NCBI RefSeq assembly: GCF_964355755.1
Contig: NC_092676.1
Coordinates: forward strand, 28,104,871 to 28,168,870
Direction of reading: 5' to 3'
Length of the DNA stretch: 64,000 nt
Source of the DNA: Antedon mediterranea
Lineage: Eukaryota; Animalia; Echinodermata
Below the pieces are notes generated by a model. It saw only the letters and a list, made by a program, of their open reading frames with translations. It did not search any database and was not told the origin of the DNA. Numbering within the stretch: position 1 is the first letter of the stretch; the number at the start of each line of letters is the position of its first letter. The translations under genes were made by a program, and so were the position numbers. Below, one piece after another: positions 26,701 through 42,263 of this stretch.

Positions 26701-27801
26701 AGTCATGTAGTGTATAGAGAGTATGGTACTCCTACTGGGTAGGTGGATGTAGGTAGAGGGTCTAGGATAATTATGGGAGAACTTGGGATAAAAAAATAGG
26801 TTAGTGATCAGATTTATAACAAATAACATGTCTAGACTATCTAACTAGTTTGACAAAAAAGTGTAATATACCCAAATATGGTAGTGATGTGCCCAAATAT
26901 GGCAATAATATGACATTATCATGTCCATATATGGGCACATCACCTTTTTTTTGTCACATAAAATTTGATAGACTGAGCTTAAGACATTGCTTCTCTCACC
27001 TCTGAAGAACATCAGATGCATCAATTGTCTCCATTGCACGTTTAAAATCTTCGTCCAGATTTAAATCTGTCTCTTCAACATCATTTGCTTCAAACAATCC
27101 ATCCGTTTGTTCTTCTTCGACTGTCTCTTGAGGGAGCCCTAGATATCCTCCTAAAATTAAACACAGTAGATGAGTGCATTAAGGTTTTTGGTTAACTGTA
27201 TATGCATTCATTCAAACTTCTAGCAATACAAATCTAGTGTAGTTTCACCAACTACTACCGGTATATTAAATGTGATGAGTTAAGTTTTAAAGCTCTGTCT
27301 ACACTACAAATACAAGTATCAAACTTTATGTGACAACAAAATGTGATGTGCCCATATATGGACATGATGATGTAAAAGATCTTTTAAGATACCGTTATGT
27401 AACTGAGGCATTGTTCACACTACAGGAGCTCCAGTGTTTTAGTGTACAATATGAGTAAGGTTGTTATGTATTTAGGTCCTGTTCACACTACAGGAGATTG
27501 AGTGTTTATATTGTACAACACCAAAGTAAGCAAATATCTTACCAAATCCGTCAGTAAATTCTTCTAGAGTCAAGAAGCCGTTCCCATCATCATCGAGGGA
27601 ATCAAAGACAGCTTCCAATTGGTCAGGACTCAATGGCAACTCGCTACCTAGACGCTGCATGTCACGTTTTGTAATGAACCCCTTGATTTCTTTATCGCAG
27701 ATGAGAAACAATTCGCGTGATTTGTCCACTATCATGGCTTTCATCTCGTCCTGCGTTGGCAGCGCTTTCATTCTGCTTGTATTGGTGGACAGATCTGCCA
27801 T
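11745..27801 (-). CDS. CRACR2A: Large Rab GTPase with N-terminal EF-hands and coiled coil (CRACR2A/Rab46 - RAB44 family)
   Basis: Exons (-): 27801-27543, 27150-27000, 25905-25756, 25177-25087, 23570-23475, 22707-22636, 22524-22409, 22184-22113, 21764-21710, [optional 21438-21421, 19426-19394], 17658-17582, 15401-14919, 13721-13541, 13352(13355)-13220, 12966-12770, 12406-12296, 11912-11745; all phase-consistent. EF-hands [22 protein letters not shown]...[18 protein letters not shown]; [10 protein letters not shown] coiled coil; G1 GDSGVGKT, G3 WDTAGQE, G4 NKTD, G5 ETSAK; C-terminal GCCPL prenylation motif. Confidence 0.9.
13861..14617. repeat. Intronic minisatellite: about three 78-bp units followed by about fourteen 37-bp units
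   Basis: The 37-bp unit tatcattagcctasgtgtatatatggtatacagtagc is an internal-deletion derivative of the 78-bp unit. Confidence 0.9.
16456..16594. mobile_element. Family-1 MITE
   Basis: Complete TIRs and exact TAA TSD (16453-16455, 16595-16597). Confidence 0.85.
16795..17235. repeat. Tandem repeat with 50-bp and about 85-bp units, each carrying CTGATTGGTC
   Basis: ttgtgaaatcccaacaaaataaccgtgcctgattggtcaatatgttt occurs six times. Confidence 0.85.
17403..17541. mobile_element. Family-1 MITE
   Basis: TIRs agctctgtctacac / gtgtagacagagct. Confidence 0.8.
17835..17982. mobile_element. Family-1 MITE carrying a CAGTA micro-insertion
   Basis: TIRs with TTA TSD; internal ctataTACAGTAtggg versus family consensus ccatatatggg. 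Confidence 0.8.
18216..18583. mobile_element. TIR element containing a nested family-1 MITE (18254-18448), itself interrupted by a 39-bp insert
   Basis: Outer inverted ends tttgcgacgaccta / taggtcgtcgcaaa; inner MITE TIRs; the insert near 18303-18341 is flanked by gatgtgcc / aacgtgcc. Confidence 0.6.
19005..19380. repeat. 51-bp minisatellite, about 7 copies
   Basis: Unit ctgcaattgttrttgacatagttctaagagttattagtagtgaagatgtgt; it accounts for the repetitive ORFs on both strands. Confidence 0.9.
19737..20062. repeat. Compound (GAT)n microsatellite with gaaaatgattgt interruptions
   Basis: Seen directly; intronic. Confidence 0.95.
21202..21353. mobile_element. Family-1 MITE
   Basis: Complete TIRs and TAA TSD. 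Confidence 0.85.
23133..23380 (+). mobile_element. tRNA-derived SINE, family S1
   Basis: A-box-like tggcttggtacgtggtta, B-box-like ggattcaagtccc, A-rich tail; a second copy lies at about 30995-31190. Confidence 0.7.
24650..24915. repeat. Degenerate tandem repeat, unit about 21-22 bp (ggggtcctgaagctgcacatyca)
   Basis: About 11 units, seen directly. Confidence 0.8.
25274..25612. mobile_element. Harbinger-like non-autonomous element with about 50-bp TIRs
   Basis: agcccggcgcacactagagcttccggctgagccaactggcacgagtaacact and its inverted match at the right end; TAA TSD at 25271-25273 and 25613-25615. Confidence 0.85.
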
Positions 27802-28040
27802 CTAATATTTTAAAATATTAAAAGTTATAGCATTGTAAACATCAATCAGCATTTTGACAACATTATGTGGGTTAAAATTGCAGAAAAATATGTAAATAAA
27901 TTACAAATTACGTCAGACAGTTAAATAGTGACAGATGTGATACCATATTAAAGATTTTAAAACACTTATAAAACACAATAAAGTGATTTTTCTAAAACAA
28001 GCAAAAAATAATTAACATACTGTAGTAGGCAGTAGACTTA

Positions 28041-28176
28041 AGCTCTGTATACACTACCAAACTAGTTTGACAAAAAAATGATGTGCCTAAATAATAATGG
28101 TAGTGATATGACATCATCATGTCCAAATATGAGCACATCACATTTTGTCACATATTTTGATAGTGTAGACATAGCT
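28041..28176. mobile_element. Family-1 MITE
   Basis: TIRs and TTA TSD. Confidence 0.8.
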
Positions 28177-29179
28177 TTACAGTAATTTATTATCTATTAT
28201 ATTGTGATAACAATAAAATAATGAATACTGCCCTCACCTTTACTATTTATGGAAGGATTCCTTTAAGCACCAATGAAATGTCATCAAAATTTGACAATCA
28301 AACCTAAAAAAAAAACAATTTCTAAAACGTTGAAATTAATTTTAAGTTGGAATAATGTATCATGTCTGCTCTAAAATTTCCTGTTTTCTAAATAAAATAA
28401 TAAAATTAAAATTAAAAATTAAAATTATGATCTAAATTTTATGTGACAAATATTCTTAGGTTTTACCATTGCATCATTGAGGTAAACAAGGGCGGGTCTA
28501 CTTATGTTTTTTTTTTAAATTCATCTAATAATCTACCATGACCACAAAGAAATTGTTTGATAATCTATCTTCATTGATGACAATATTTGATTAAAACAAG
28601 CCACAAATTGCCTTTCAATTCGTCTTTTAAATCTCTAATGATGACAATGACGGCAACAATGATGATTATGATAATGATCAATAATCCTGCACATATAAAA
28701 TTATTAATTTATAATTCAAATATGAATTATTCAATGAACCACCTTGCCAAAAAAGCACAACTTCCATCTGTTAAGTTATTATCAAAATATTCGACCAAGG
28801 TTGAGATATTATAAGCACAATCAATTCATTTGCATATATAATCATTTAATTATTTTATACTAATATATCATAATTTCTCCTTTTATACATTGAATTATAT
28901 TTGCATTTAATATATTTAGTATCTAATTGAGCATTTGCCAGCCTAAATAAAACATACATTTAAAATTGGAAATCAAATATTAGGATAATGTTTTTCTTTG
29001 TTAACTGCAATGATTTCACTATTGTTTTTAATGTAAAAGCTTACTGTGTATATAATTAGCCCAACCTGCTAATTAAAAATATAACATGTTAAAAAGTAAA
29101 CAAATGTAGTTACTGCAGTAACTGCAATGAAATAATTTTGACAGGGCCAAATTTAAGAAGAGTATAAGCAAAAACTTAC

Positions 29180-29250
29180 CATATTTACTGAATAAATCAA
29201 ATCATTTACTTTTTATTCTTTCGTTATACATGATGGCAATCGAAAAAAAC
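29180..29250 (-). other. Probable 5' UTR exon of the Rab gene, ending in ATG and containing a short uORF
   Basis: tttttcag acceptor and ATG|gtaagt donor; uORF MYNERIKSK*. The next exon starts exactly at ATG 27801. Confidence 0.5.
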
Positions 29251-30994
29251 CTGAAAAAATGTAATTAAGAAACATAAAGAACAGGTCGTGCACGGTTGCA
29301 AACTAAATGGATTTAACAATAAAATATTTTAAATTAATTATGAATATAAAGTACAGAATTACATAAATATTACACTAGTATATCATAGGTCTGTTGGAGA
29401 AGAATTAAAGACAAACAAGTTGAGAAAACAGTGCATAAAATGCACCAACAATTTTGCTTTAGTGCTAAAATCAAATAGTATTTCAACAAATAGAAATAAC
29501 ACTGACAGTGTACTAGTATTTATCACAAGTATTAAATTTTCGTTTATTGAACTGTATTATAGTTACGCTACTGAATAATATAAAGTATTTAGTTAATTAA
29601 TTAATTTGTTGCTGGTACGGATGGAAAAATCCAATTGAGAAGTCATCAGCAATTTGTTGTAATATGTATGTGTAGTATTATATTGTTTAATTTATTGTTT
29701 TCATGAAAGTAGTTAATTTAATTCTTAAAGTGCAATAGTTGATGATATGTTTTTAGTGTGTAGTTTTGGAATATCATTTTTATGGTGGATTTTTTTTTTA
29801 TAAAATGTTTTCATCCTAACATAAATTTTATTGCTCTATAATATACTGAATAAAAATAGATAACATGAAAAATAGGTGGGGGGTACAAACATGATACAGA
29901 CCCCGGTTATTGAGAATGTATGCACCTGTGTGACAAAGGTGGCTGTGGATTATTTGTCAAATCTGAAAACCACCTTCGGGCTGGCCCATCAATATTTACA
30001 TATTGAATAATCCAATTACATATGTACATATTATCTGATAAATTGTTTGAACGTGTTTACGATCATTGCAGTAAATCAATGCAAATGGTTTATACTACAG
30101 TAGCATCTAGCCATTTTGAATTGTACTAGACTAGCTTGTTATAAGATATAAGATATTTACTTAAATTGCTAATTAATCTCATTTGTATATGGTAATGTAA
30201 CACAGTAGTTTTTAATGTTAAATAACAATTTATTTGAAAATAGATTAAAAAAACTCATAATTTCTGCTATTTATTGAATACATGTGTGAATTTTCAACAT
30301 TTTGATTTAAAAAAAATATTATCAGGAAAATTATGTGACAGATATTCAAACAGCACCGTTGATTTTTACTAGCTAGCAATTTATATAAACCTCAGCAATG
30401 TACAGTACTTCCAAAGGCAGAGAGACCAAAAGAAGCTTGCATTTGAGTCACATGGAAAAATGAATATAAATATTAATACAGTTGTACTGTACTGTACGTC
30501 TATATACAGCTGTTCAATAATTAGAAATTGAATTAAATCTTTTGTCTCACTGTCATTAAAAATCCATACCTCAACAGGTGGAAATTGGTAGAAAATGTGA
30601 CAAATTGTTTGCATTCCATCGCACTCATCATAATTTATTGGTTTATGTAATTGAAATATATAATTCATATTATCAGGTATATATAACCATTTTCAAATAA
30701 AAAATTCAGTTTTGCAATTCATACATATTAATCATGTATTCATAATGAAGTTTACACAGCACATATGGTTTGAACTCCCTTTCAGTTTTATTTTAATATG
30801 GCATCAGATATATTTACTTTTGCTAATTAATTTCATTTGGATATGCTAATGTAATTGTGGAAATGTAATGGAGACCTGTGGGACTTTCTACAAATGTACA
30901 GTACAGTACATTGATTATTCAAAACTTGGGGAAAGTTATACTTGTATAAGTTTTAAATTAGCTGCCATTGATTGAATATTATTAAGTGGGAAGA

Positions 30995-31190
30995 AAGAGG
31001 TGGTTATAACTTGGTGGTTATGATGCTTGGCTACCACTCCAAGGGTCCTGGGGGCAAGTCCCGTCACATGTCAGGATTTTATCTAATGACAAAATTACAA
31101 CTCCACTCCCAAAGACTTGTAATAGGACTTTGTTCATGTAGAGCATCTTGTGTATATGTTTGCCTGTAAACCTCATTAAAATATGGTCAA
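30995..31190 (+). mobile_element. tRNA-derived SINE, family S1 (second copy)
   Basis: Closely similar to 23133-23380 (gatgcttggctaccactccaagggtcctgg...tcacatgtcagg...caactccactccc). Confidence 0.7.
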
Positions 31191-31633
31191 AACAAAAAGG
31201 ACAAAAAAGGAGGTATTAGCTTACTGTGGGGTTTACTTTTTAGAAAGAACAAGGATTGTAGCCTACTGTGGGGTTTAGTATAGATAGTGATTCAACATAA
31301 TATTGGTATAAGATTAACAATTTGTAAAGGAACACTAACAGCATAAAAAAGACAATAAATGGGGAACGTCAATGTAATCTTGAGAAGTGTACTTAACCAA
31401 AACCTGTGTGATTTTTGGAAGACTTCTTGTGAGGTCTAATTGTAGGATCTATAAAATGCTCAATGCTAATAGTTCTTACAGAAATATTTATATAATACTA
31501 TTTACTTTCCAAGTCATTAGGTTTCAATAATAATTGCCCGAATTGAAAGCCTCTCCCTTGCAAACAAAGGTACTACAATGTATAGTAATTCAGATTCGTA
31601 CATAAATACACAATGATATACTGTATGCATATA

Positions 31634-32095
31634 CCGTAAAACCTCGAAAAGAAGCCCATGGGCTTCTTCTTTTTTTAGTGCTCTTGGATGGGCTTCTTTT
31701 CGAGATGGGCTTCTTTTTGCAAACTGTAGAGGGGGGCTTCTTTTCGAAATGAATGCTGTAAATTTTGTGAATTTCTACTACAATAATGTGACTTTTGAGA
31801 CATTTTTTCAACCATGAAATTATGTTTAATATACCAATTAAAAAACAAAATAAAAAGCAAAAAAACAGTCCTATGATTCACCGTCAAATACAATAATTTC
31901 GTCATCATCTCAATACAGTATGAGTAGTCTGTCTCGAAATGAAGCCCATACTATCTTGAAAAGAAGCCCAGGGGGCTTCATTTCGAGATGGGCTTCTTTT
32001 CGAGAATACTTTTGCAAACTGTAGAGGGGGCTTCTTTTCGAGATGGGCTTCTTTTCGAGGTTTAAGCCCATGGGCTTCTTTTCAAGGTTTTACGG
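31634..32095. mobile_element. Tc1/mariner-superfamily non-autonomous element (CCGTAAAACC termini, TA TSD)
   Basis: TIRs ccgtaaaacctcgaaaagaagcccatggg / cccatgggcttcttttcaaggttttacgg; TA on both flanks; internal gggcttcttttcgag subterminal repeats; the empty site is visible in a flanking duplication. Confidence 0.85.
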
Positions 32096-34299
32096 TAAAG
32101 TACAATATCTTTGATTTTTTACTGTTTCTAGGTTTCAATAATAATGGCCAAAATTGAAAGCTCCGTGGAAAACAAAGGTACTGTACTATTAAGTATAGTA
32201 TATTTATATTTGTACATAACATAATAAAATGCATATAAAGTACAATATCTTAGATTTATTTACTGTTTCACAAACCAATGCCACATTACAAATGATGTAT
32301 TACTCGTGGAAGGTCAACGACAAGCAGGTCATCCTCATTAAGCGAAAAAACTACAAACTTTTCATTGCATTAAACAATATACTTAAATGTCAATAAAGGT
32401 CGTATTCTGCATCAGAGTACAGTATATAAAATTCAAATGTAATTATTAATTGAATAGAATATTGATTGAACTTAGCGCTCAGCATGTTTGGTTTTAGAAG
32501 GTCAATATTATTTTACAAATACTAATGTTACAAAGTTCAGACAGTATCCATTAAATGTTGTTTGTCAAAGTACAAATGAAAACAAACAATGAACAGTTAT
32601 ATCATAAACAATATTTTACAGAGATAATAATGTTACAAAGTTCAGTTATACGATTGCTGAAAATACTTTTAAACATGGAGTAATCGCATTTCAAATATAA
32701 TCCTCAATGTTTCAAATGCATCATACATATTTCATTTGTTATCTCTGTACACACAGACAAAATAAATAACTAAATTTCAATTTTCCGGGTACAGGAAAAA
32801 AATCTAATTTAATCTGATGTATAAAATAACTATTATAATATTAACAACACTCGGCAGACAATTATATAAGTCCACAATAATTCATTTAATTAATATTAAA
32901 AAAATTACTTTTGATTTATAATTTGTTTTTAATATAAATATTGACTATAACAGAACAGATTACCAAGTCACATTAAAAACTTAGACGACTATAATCAGTT
33001 TAAAAAACATTTAAAAGCACTATATTTCAAACAATGTTACGATACTAATTGATGTGAAGCGCCGCTGATTATAATTAAATGTTGTATTATACTGTGAATA
33101 CTACAATAATAAAAATAATTTAATATCTTTTTTAAAAAACAGAAAATAACAGGAGGGTCCACAAATACTCATACCAACTCCCTGCTCATACTATAATGCT
33201 GATGCTGCAATAAAGGAAGAATATCATCACAACGCTATAAAGATGTAAAAACATTAACAAATTCACAAACCATTCTTACCGTTGATTGTATCAAACCGAT
33301 CTTCTTATAGTAGTGGACAACCTTTACAAATCACAACTAGTATATTCCATATGCTGTGTCTGTCCAGGTATTAAATTAACATAGCATCAAATAACTTACA
33401 TTTTATTTGTATTGAATGAATATCAATAGTCGATGCTATTCGATCATTGGCCACCTGTTGGATCAGGACTCTACCATTTTTCTAATAGGGGTTTAATTTT
33501 AATTAAAACAATTGGGAAAAGTAATTTGAATTTTAAATATTGACTATGATAATAAGTATTGCTCATTGAAATTGAAAGTATTGCATATCATTATTGAACT
33601 GTCATATTGTATGACATATCAGTTTCCACTGTATAATTATTTGCATTGTTATGGCGAATATGATTTAATTAAATTCGAAGAGAAGTACATCAGAATATGG
33701 AATATTGTTAAATTAATAAGCTCACAAAATTCTAAAATACTTTACACTTTATACTATAATTCAATGTTATATAAAACTAATGCGAGGCATGAAAAGGGAA
33801 AGGTTGATGTGACAAAAGTGACTATTAATGTGCAACCGTGCATGTTATATATTAATTTCTACTATATCAGTACAACTACAAGCTTTCTGTGCCGATAGAC
33901 AATATAAATTATGCACACCTTACCAATGGAATATATTATAAAGTGCAGCAAGGCAATGTCTTTATGTATGGTTAATCTTGCCAAGGAGCATGGTCGACCA
34001 TGTCAATGGTATCCGGGCATGCCATATATTATGTCCTTCCAATCCAACCACATATATAGTAGAAATAAATAATGTAAATGCAAGGTCGACTGTGCCTATT
34101 TAAAAAAGTTGATAGCCTTTCAAGAGTAGGGGCAGGGGTAACCTGCCAAGCTCGAGCTGTCACGTCTGTGACTCCTGATGAGGGAGTTTGGTCTGGTTCC
34201 TTCCTGCTGCTGGGGATTGTTTAATGCTATTTTTCTCAAAAAATTTATAAAATAACGTTTAATAATTGATGATAATAATACATAGGTCTACTATACTTA

Positions 34300-34696
34300 C
34301 AACAAATAGTACTTGTATATGAAGGATAAATGATATGAGGGTAAGAAGACGGAGACAAATAATGAAATGCCAGTCATCTTCCCTCTTTATTTTTGTTTTG
34401 AAAACTTTGTTTTAGATAGCCTTTACAGGGTCGTTTTACGGTAGTTGATGATAGCCGCAAAGAGACTATGTGCATTATTTATTAAAACTCTTTTGATTGG
34501 ACTGCAATTGCCACATATTTGACAAACAACCAATGATGACACGCCTATCAATTAGTTACGTTGTGGCGCTATTTCAGCCAAATTAGCAGTCGGCGAGATA
34601 AATACGTGGAGTTTTGGCTTTCCTATCTCGTAGGCTATACTAAAAGCTATAAAATAACGTTTTCAGGTTCGGAAGAGTTTAGATTTTAATATAAAA
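34300..34696. promoter_or_regulatory. Probable bidirectional promoter (Rab gene on -, TMEM167A on +)
   Basis: CpG-containing patch with CCAAT boxes near 34496 and 34530; minus-strand donor (cttac) at about 34296-34300; TMEM167A ATG at 34697. Confidence 0.45.
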
Positions 34697-35340
34697 ATGG
34701 TAAGGTACTTTTTCAGATAAACTGAACAAAAAGCTAGGATAGAAATTCCTAGCTAAAAAAGCTAGGCTAGTGTCGAGCTAGTTCCGCCTGCAGAGACAGA
34801 CAGGCTTACCTCCCATACTAGCTAGCCTAGGCGTAACTCCTGCAGATGGTACGAAGTGGCAGTGTATGCTGAGCCTAAGCCAGTTTAAAACTGTCTCTAA
34901 AGAATTATTTTTGTGTGATTATACATGCATAATGAACAGCAGCATCTCAATTTTATTTGTTTCCCTAAATTAAATTTTTAGTTAGGCATTTCTCTAAATA
35001 AATAATTAAAATGTTAATTGTCTCTTGCAGTCGGCTTTATTTAATTTTCAAAGTCTTCTGACGGTTTTACTTCTTCTCATCTGCACATGTGCATATATAA
35101 GAAGCCTCGCCCCAAGGATACTAGATAAAAACAAGGAAGGGTAAGTGTGTACACAATATAATGATATTAATATATACATTATATGTATTTAATTACTTTA
35201 TTGTGATATGACCACTATTTTCCATCTATTACAGATTCCTTGGAATTTTTTGGAAGTGTGCTCGAATTGGAGAAAGAAAAAGTCCCTATGTTGCATTTTG
35301 TTGCGTTGCCATGGCATTCAGTATACTATTTTGGAGCTGA
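34697..35340 (+). CDS. TMEM167A: Protein kish-A (TMEM167A), 72 aa; not in the ORF track
   Basis: Exons 34697-34699 (ATG only), 35031-35140, 35235-35340 give [72 protein letters not shown]; AATAAA follows at about 35353. Confidence 0.95.
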
Positions 35341-36819
35341 TACATCACATTTAATAAACAATTAAAAAAACATTTAATAATGGATGTATCTCGTCAAATG
35401 TAAAGCACTATAACACTGTATCAAAGACGGTGCTTTTAACTTGCAAGAGTATTAGCTGAGTTGACCAAACGTACACACCAATTTACAAGATATTTGCACA
35501 TTTTATATAAAGCTCTGTCTACACTCTCAAACTAGTTTGACAAAAAAAGTGTGATGTGCCCAAATATGGTAGTGATATGCACAAATATGGTAGTGATATG
35601 ATGTCATTATCTCCATATATGGGCACATCATTTTTTTTTTTTCACATACAGTTTGATAGCTTTAGCACAACAGACTGTTCTGTTTGAAAATGATCTGAAA
35701 TTCAAAATTTTTTTTAGATTGGGTGCATTTTGTTTGTCTCTGGCTATAAACTGTGAAACAAAAGCTGTTTAATGATTCTGTGTAGAACTTTATTGCATTA
35801 AAAACTATCTGAATTTGTATAATGAGATGGAAAGAGGACCATGCAAAATAAATATTTATATAAAAACAATTGTGCTTGTCAATATATTGCAAAATCAAAC
35901 TTGTTTCTCAATTCATATATAATTTATTCAGAGCAAAAAGAAATCTTAAATTGATTTCTCAAACAACACAAAACTTTCGTGACTTCGGTCTTTGGTTCCT
36001 ACAGTTTAAGCTTTCAAGATTTTTAGAAAATTGTAGTACATTTAATTTTAGTATAAAACACCAAATAATTTCTCACTCCGAAAATATAATATTTACCAAC
36101 ATTAATGACTACAGAAATATAAAACAAATATTTTGGCAAAGAAAGTAAAATCATTTATATAAAAATATAATGGTTAAATTTAATTTTTATATATGTGATA
36201 CACTATATCCCTTTGGATACAGAAGCAAGTGGTTCAAGAAGCCACAACATCGTCATCATGTACAATATAAACGTTAGTACAGTATTCAAAACCTATGATC
36301 GGTCAACTTACTAACAAGAATATATATAAGGAATTGTCCTAAAGTCTCTACTATTTCATGTTATAATATAATCCCACTAATATTACACTGTATATAACAA
36401 CACATTTTGATCCTAATCTATTTCACCTTTACAGCAGTTTATATATTATAGTTTTACTGTAAATATTTAAATTATATACATTTAATTAAACTTAGATATT
36501 TTATTTTAATAACATTTTCTTTGTGCACCTTTAGCAAGAGACAAAAACGTAATTTTCAGGTGGCCAAAGTGTTAACTTACATGCACAAAATTAGGTCACA
36601 GTCACCCTATGTCACAATTAGTGATCGTTTTTCAATTTTTATAATTCAAGACAAAAACTTCTTTATACAAATTTAATCTTACATACTGTTATTTTTCTAA
36701 TAAAACTAACATTTGAGAGCATTTAATATAACTTTATCCCTGTACTTATATACAGAATTTCAATATAAATGATTACAATAAGTTATTTTGCTTGTTATTT
36801 ACAATACACTGCCGTAGCC

Positions 36820-40611
<3,792 letters not shown>

Positions 40612-42263
40612 TACTAACGGAAAACAGAGAATAAAATCTGTTTCGAAGTCGATAAATGTTGATGATCTGATAAGCGGATGATGTCTTCAGCTCGAGCGGA
40701 AACAATCGATTTTCTCGAGCGGATTTCTTAATAAAATCCCTCTCAAGAGTACGTACTTAGGTAGCAAGTACCCATTAAGGCGATACAATACTCCCACAGT
40801 TGCATTGCCGCCCTGATTTGATCATTTGATCGAGAAAAAAAATATTTATCTGATAAAACCGCGGTAATTTAATAGAAACATATTCAACAGTATAAATAAA
40901 GGCTATTATAATATATGATAAAAGATTTGGAGTTTTAAAGCTCATGTACAGGCTAATTTTAAATATAATATCTGGTTAATTGTACATATAAATCAAATAT
41001 TTGTACAGAAATCAAGACGAAAAACCATGAATTTCCCCTGATATGGTCAAATACAAAATTTGGCAAAATTCTGCCAAAAAAAACCAGGAAGACTTTTTTC
41101 AGTAGTTAGGTAGTTAACATAATGTAATAACTGGTGACTGGTGACTCCCTAGAAGGTGAAAAAAGATGGTGGATATACGGTGGATAATTTTTGCTATAGC
41201 ATGAAAATAAAATTCTGAAATAAAAATACAAGAAATGTAAAATTCAAGTTATATTACCTATATTTAGTCATCTGATAACATTTTTTACCACACCATTTAT
41301 TTTTCATAGCTTTTTAAAATGCCTCTCTACTTTCAAAATTTTTGTACAAAAGAATAGAGATTTGACTGTGTAATTTGAACTATATGATATGAAAGTGCTA
41401 ATTTTCAACAAGCTCCTGTAACACAAATAAAATCACAAAAATTATGAAACATAGGGGAAACTATAGATCGATAATTATTTGAATGTATGATCAATAGAAA
41501 TTTTTTGCCCGCACCTCCTGGCCTTTAAGCGCATAATGCATAAAGCATATATGCGCTTCACATAAAAATAAAAGTAATCCATGAAATAAATAAAGTAAAA
41601 AGAACAATTTAAAATAGTCTATTTAATTAAATGTTTTATTCAGACACTTCATGTTTTGCAATCGCACTGCTGGGAATCGCGCGTGTGGTTAAATTTCGTC
41701 CAATCTCTGCGTTCGCTCGACGATCGATTAGACAAGAAAAGCAACCGGTGTGTAGTTGAATCAACGGCGGATTATTGACACGTAAAAAAAGATGTTGCGA
41801 CGACTGCCTTGTATTTGTAAGTATCTTTATTATTACCGTATTCAATTTGTTCTCTATTCACGTGTAGTCTTAGATTTGATTAAAATATAATCGTAAGTTA
41901 ATATCCGTAGATGATTAATGAATTAAAAATAATACTGTTATACAGAGTACTGTAATTGTATAATTGTGTATGAAGGCCGCTTGCCTTGATTGTACGTAGC
42001 GACCGTATTGTTTACATAATGGTTGATCCCATCGTTGAGGGCCAATATTTATACAATTAGTAATACCAGTTCTCATTCTCTAAAAGTAATTAATTACAGA
42101 TATTAATACAACAGAGAAACCTAATAGCAGGATAGTATAGTAGTAGTATATAAGTATAGATACTAAACGTTTCATGTTATGTTTACTCTAGCAGAACAGA
42201 ATCGTACCCCCTAATGGCGAAAATAAATGAAAAAGAATGAACTGAATTTTGTCGGAGGCAAAG

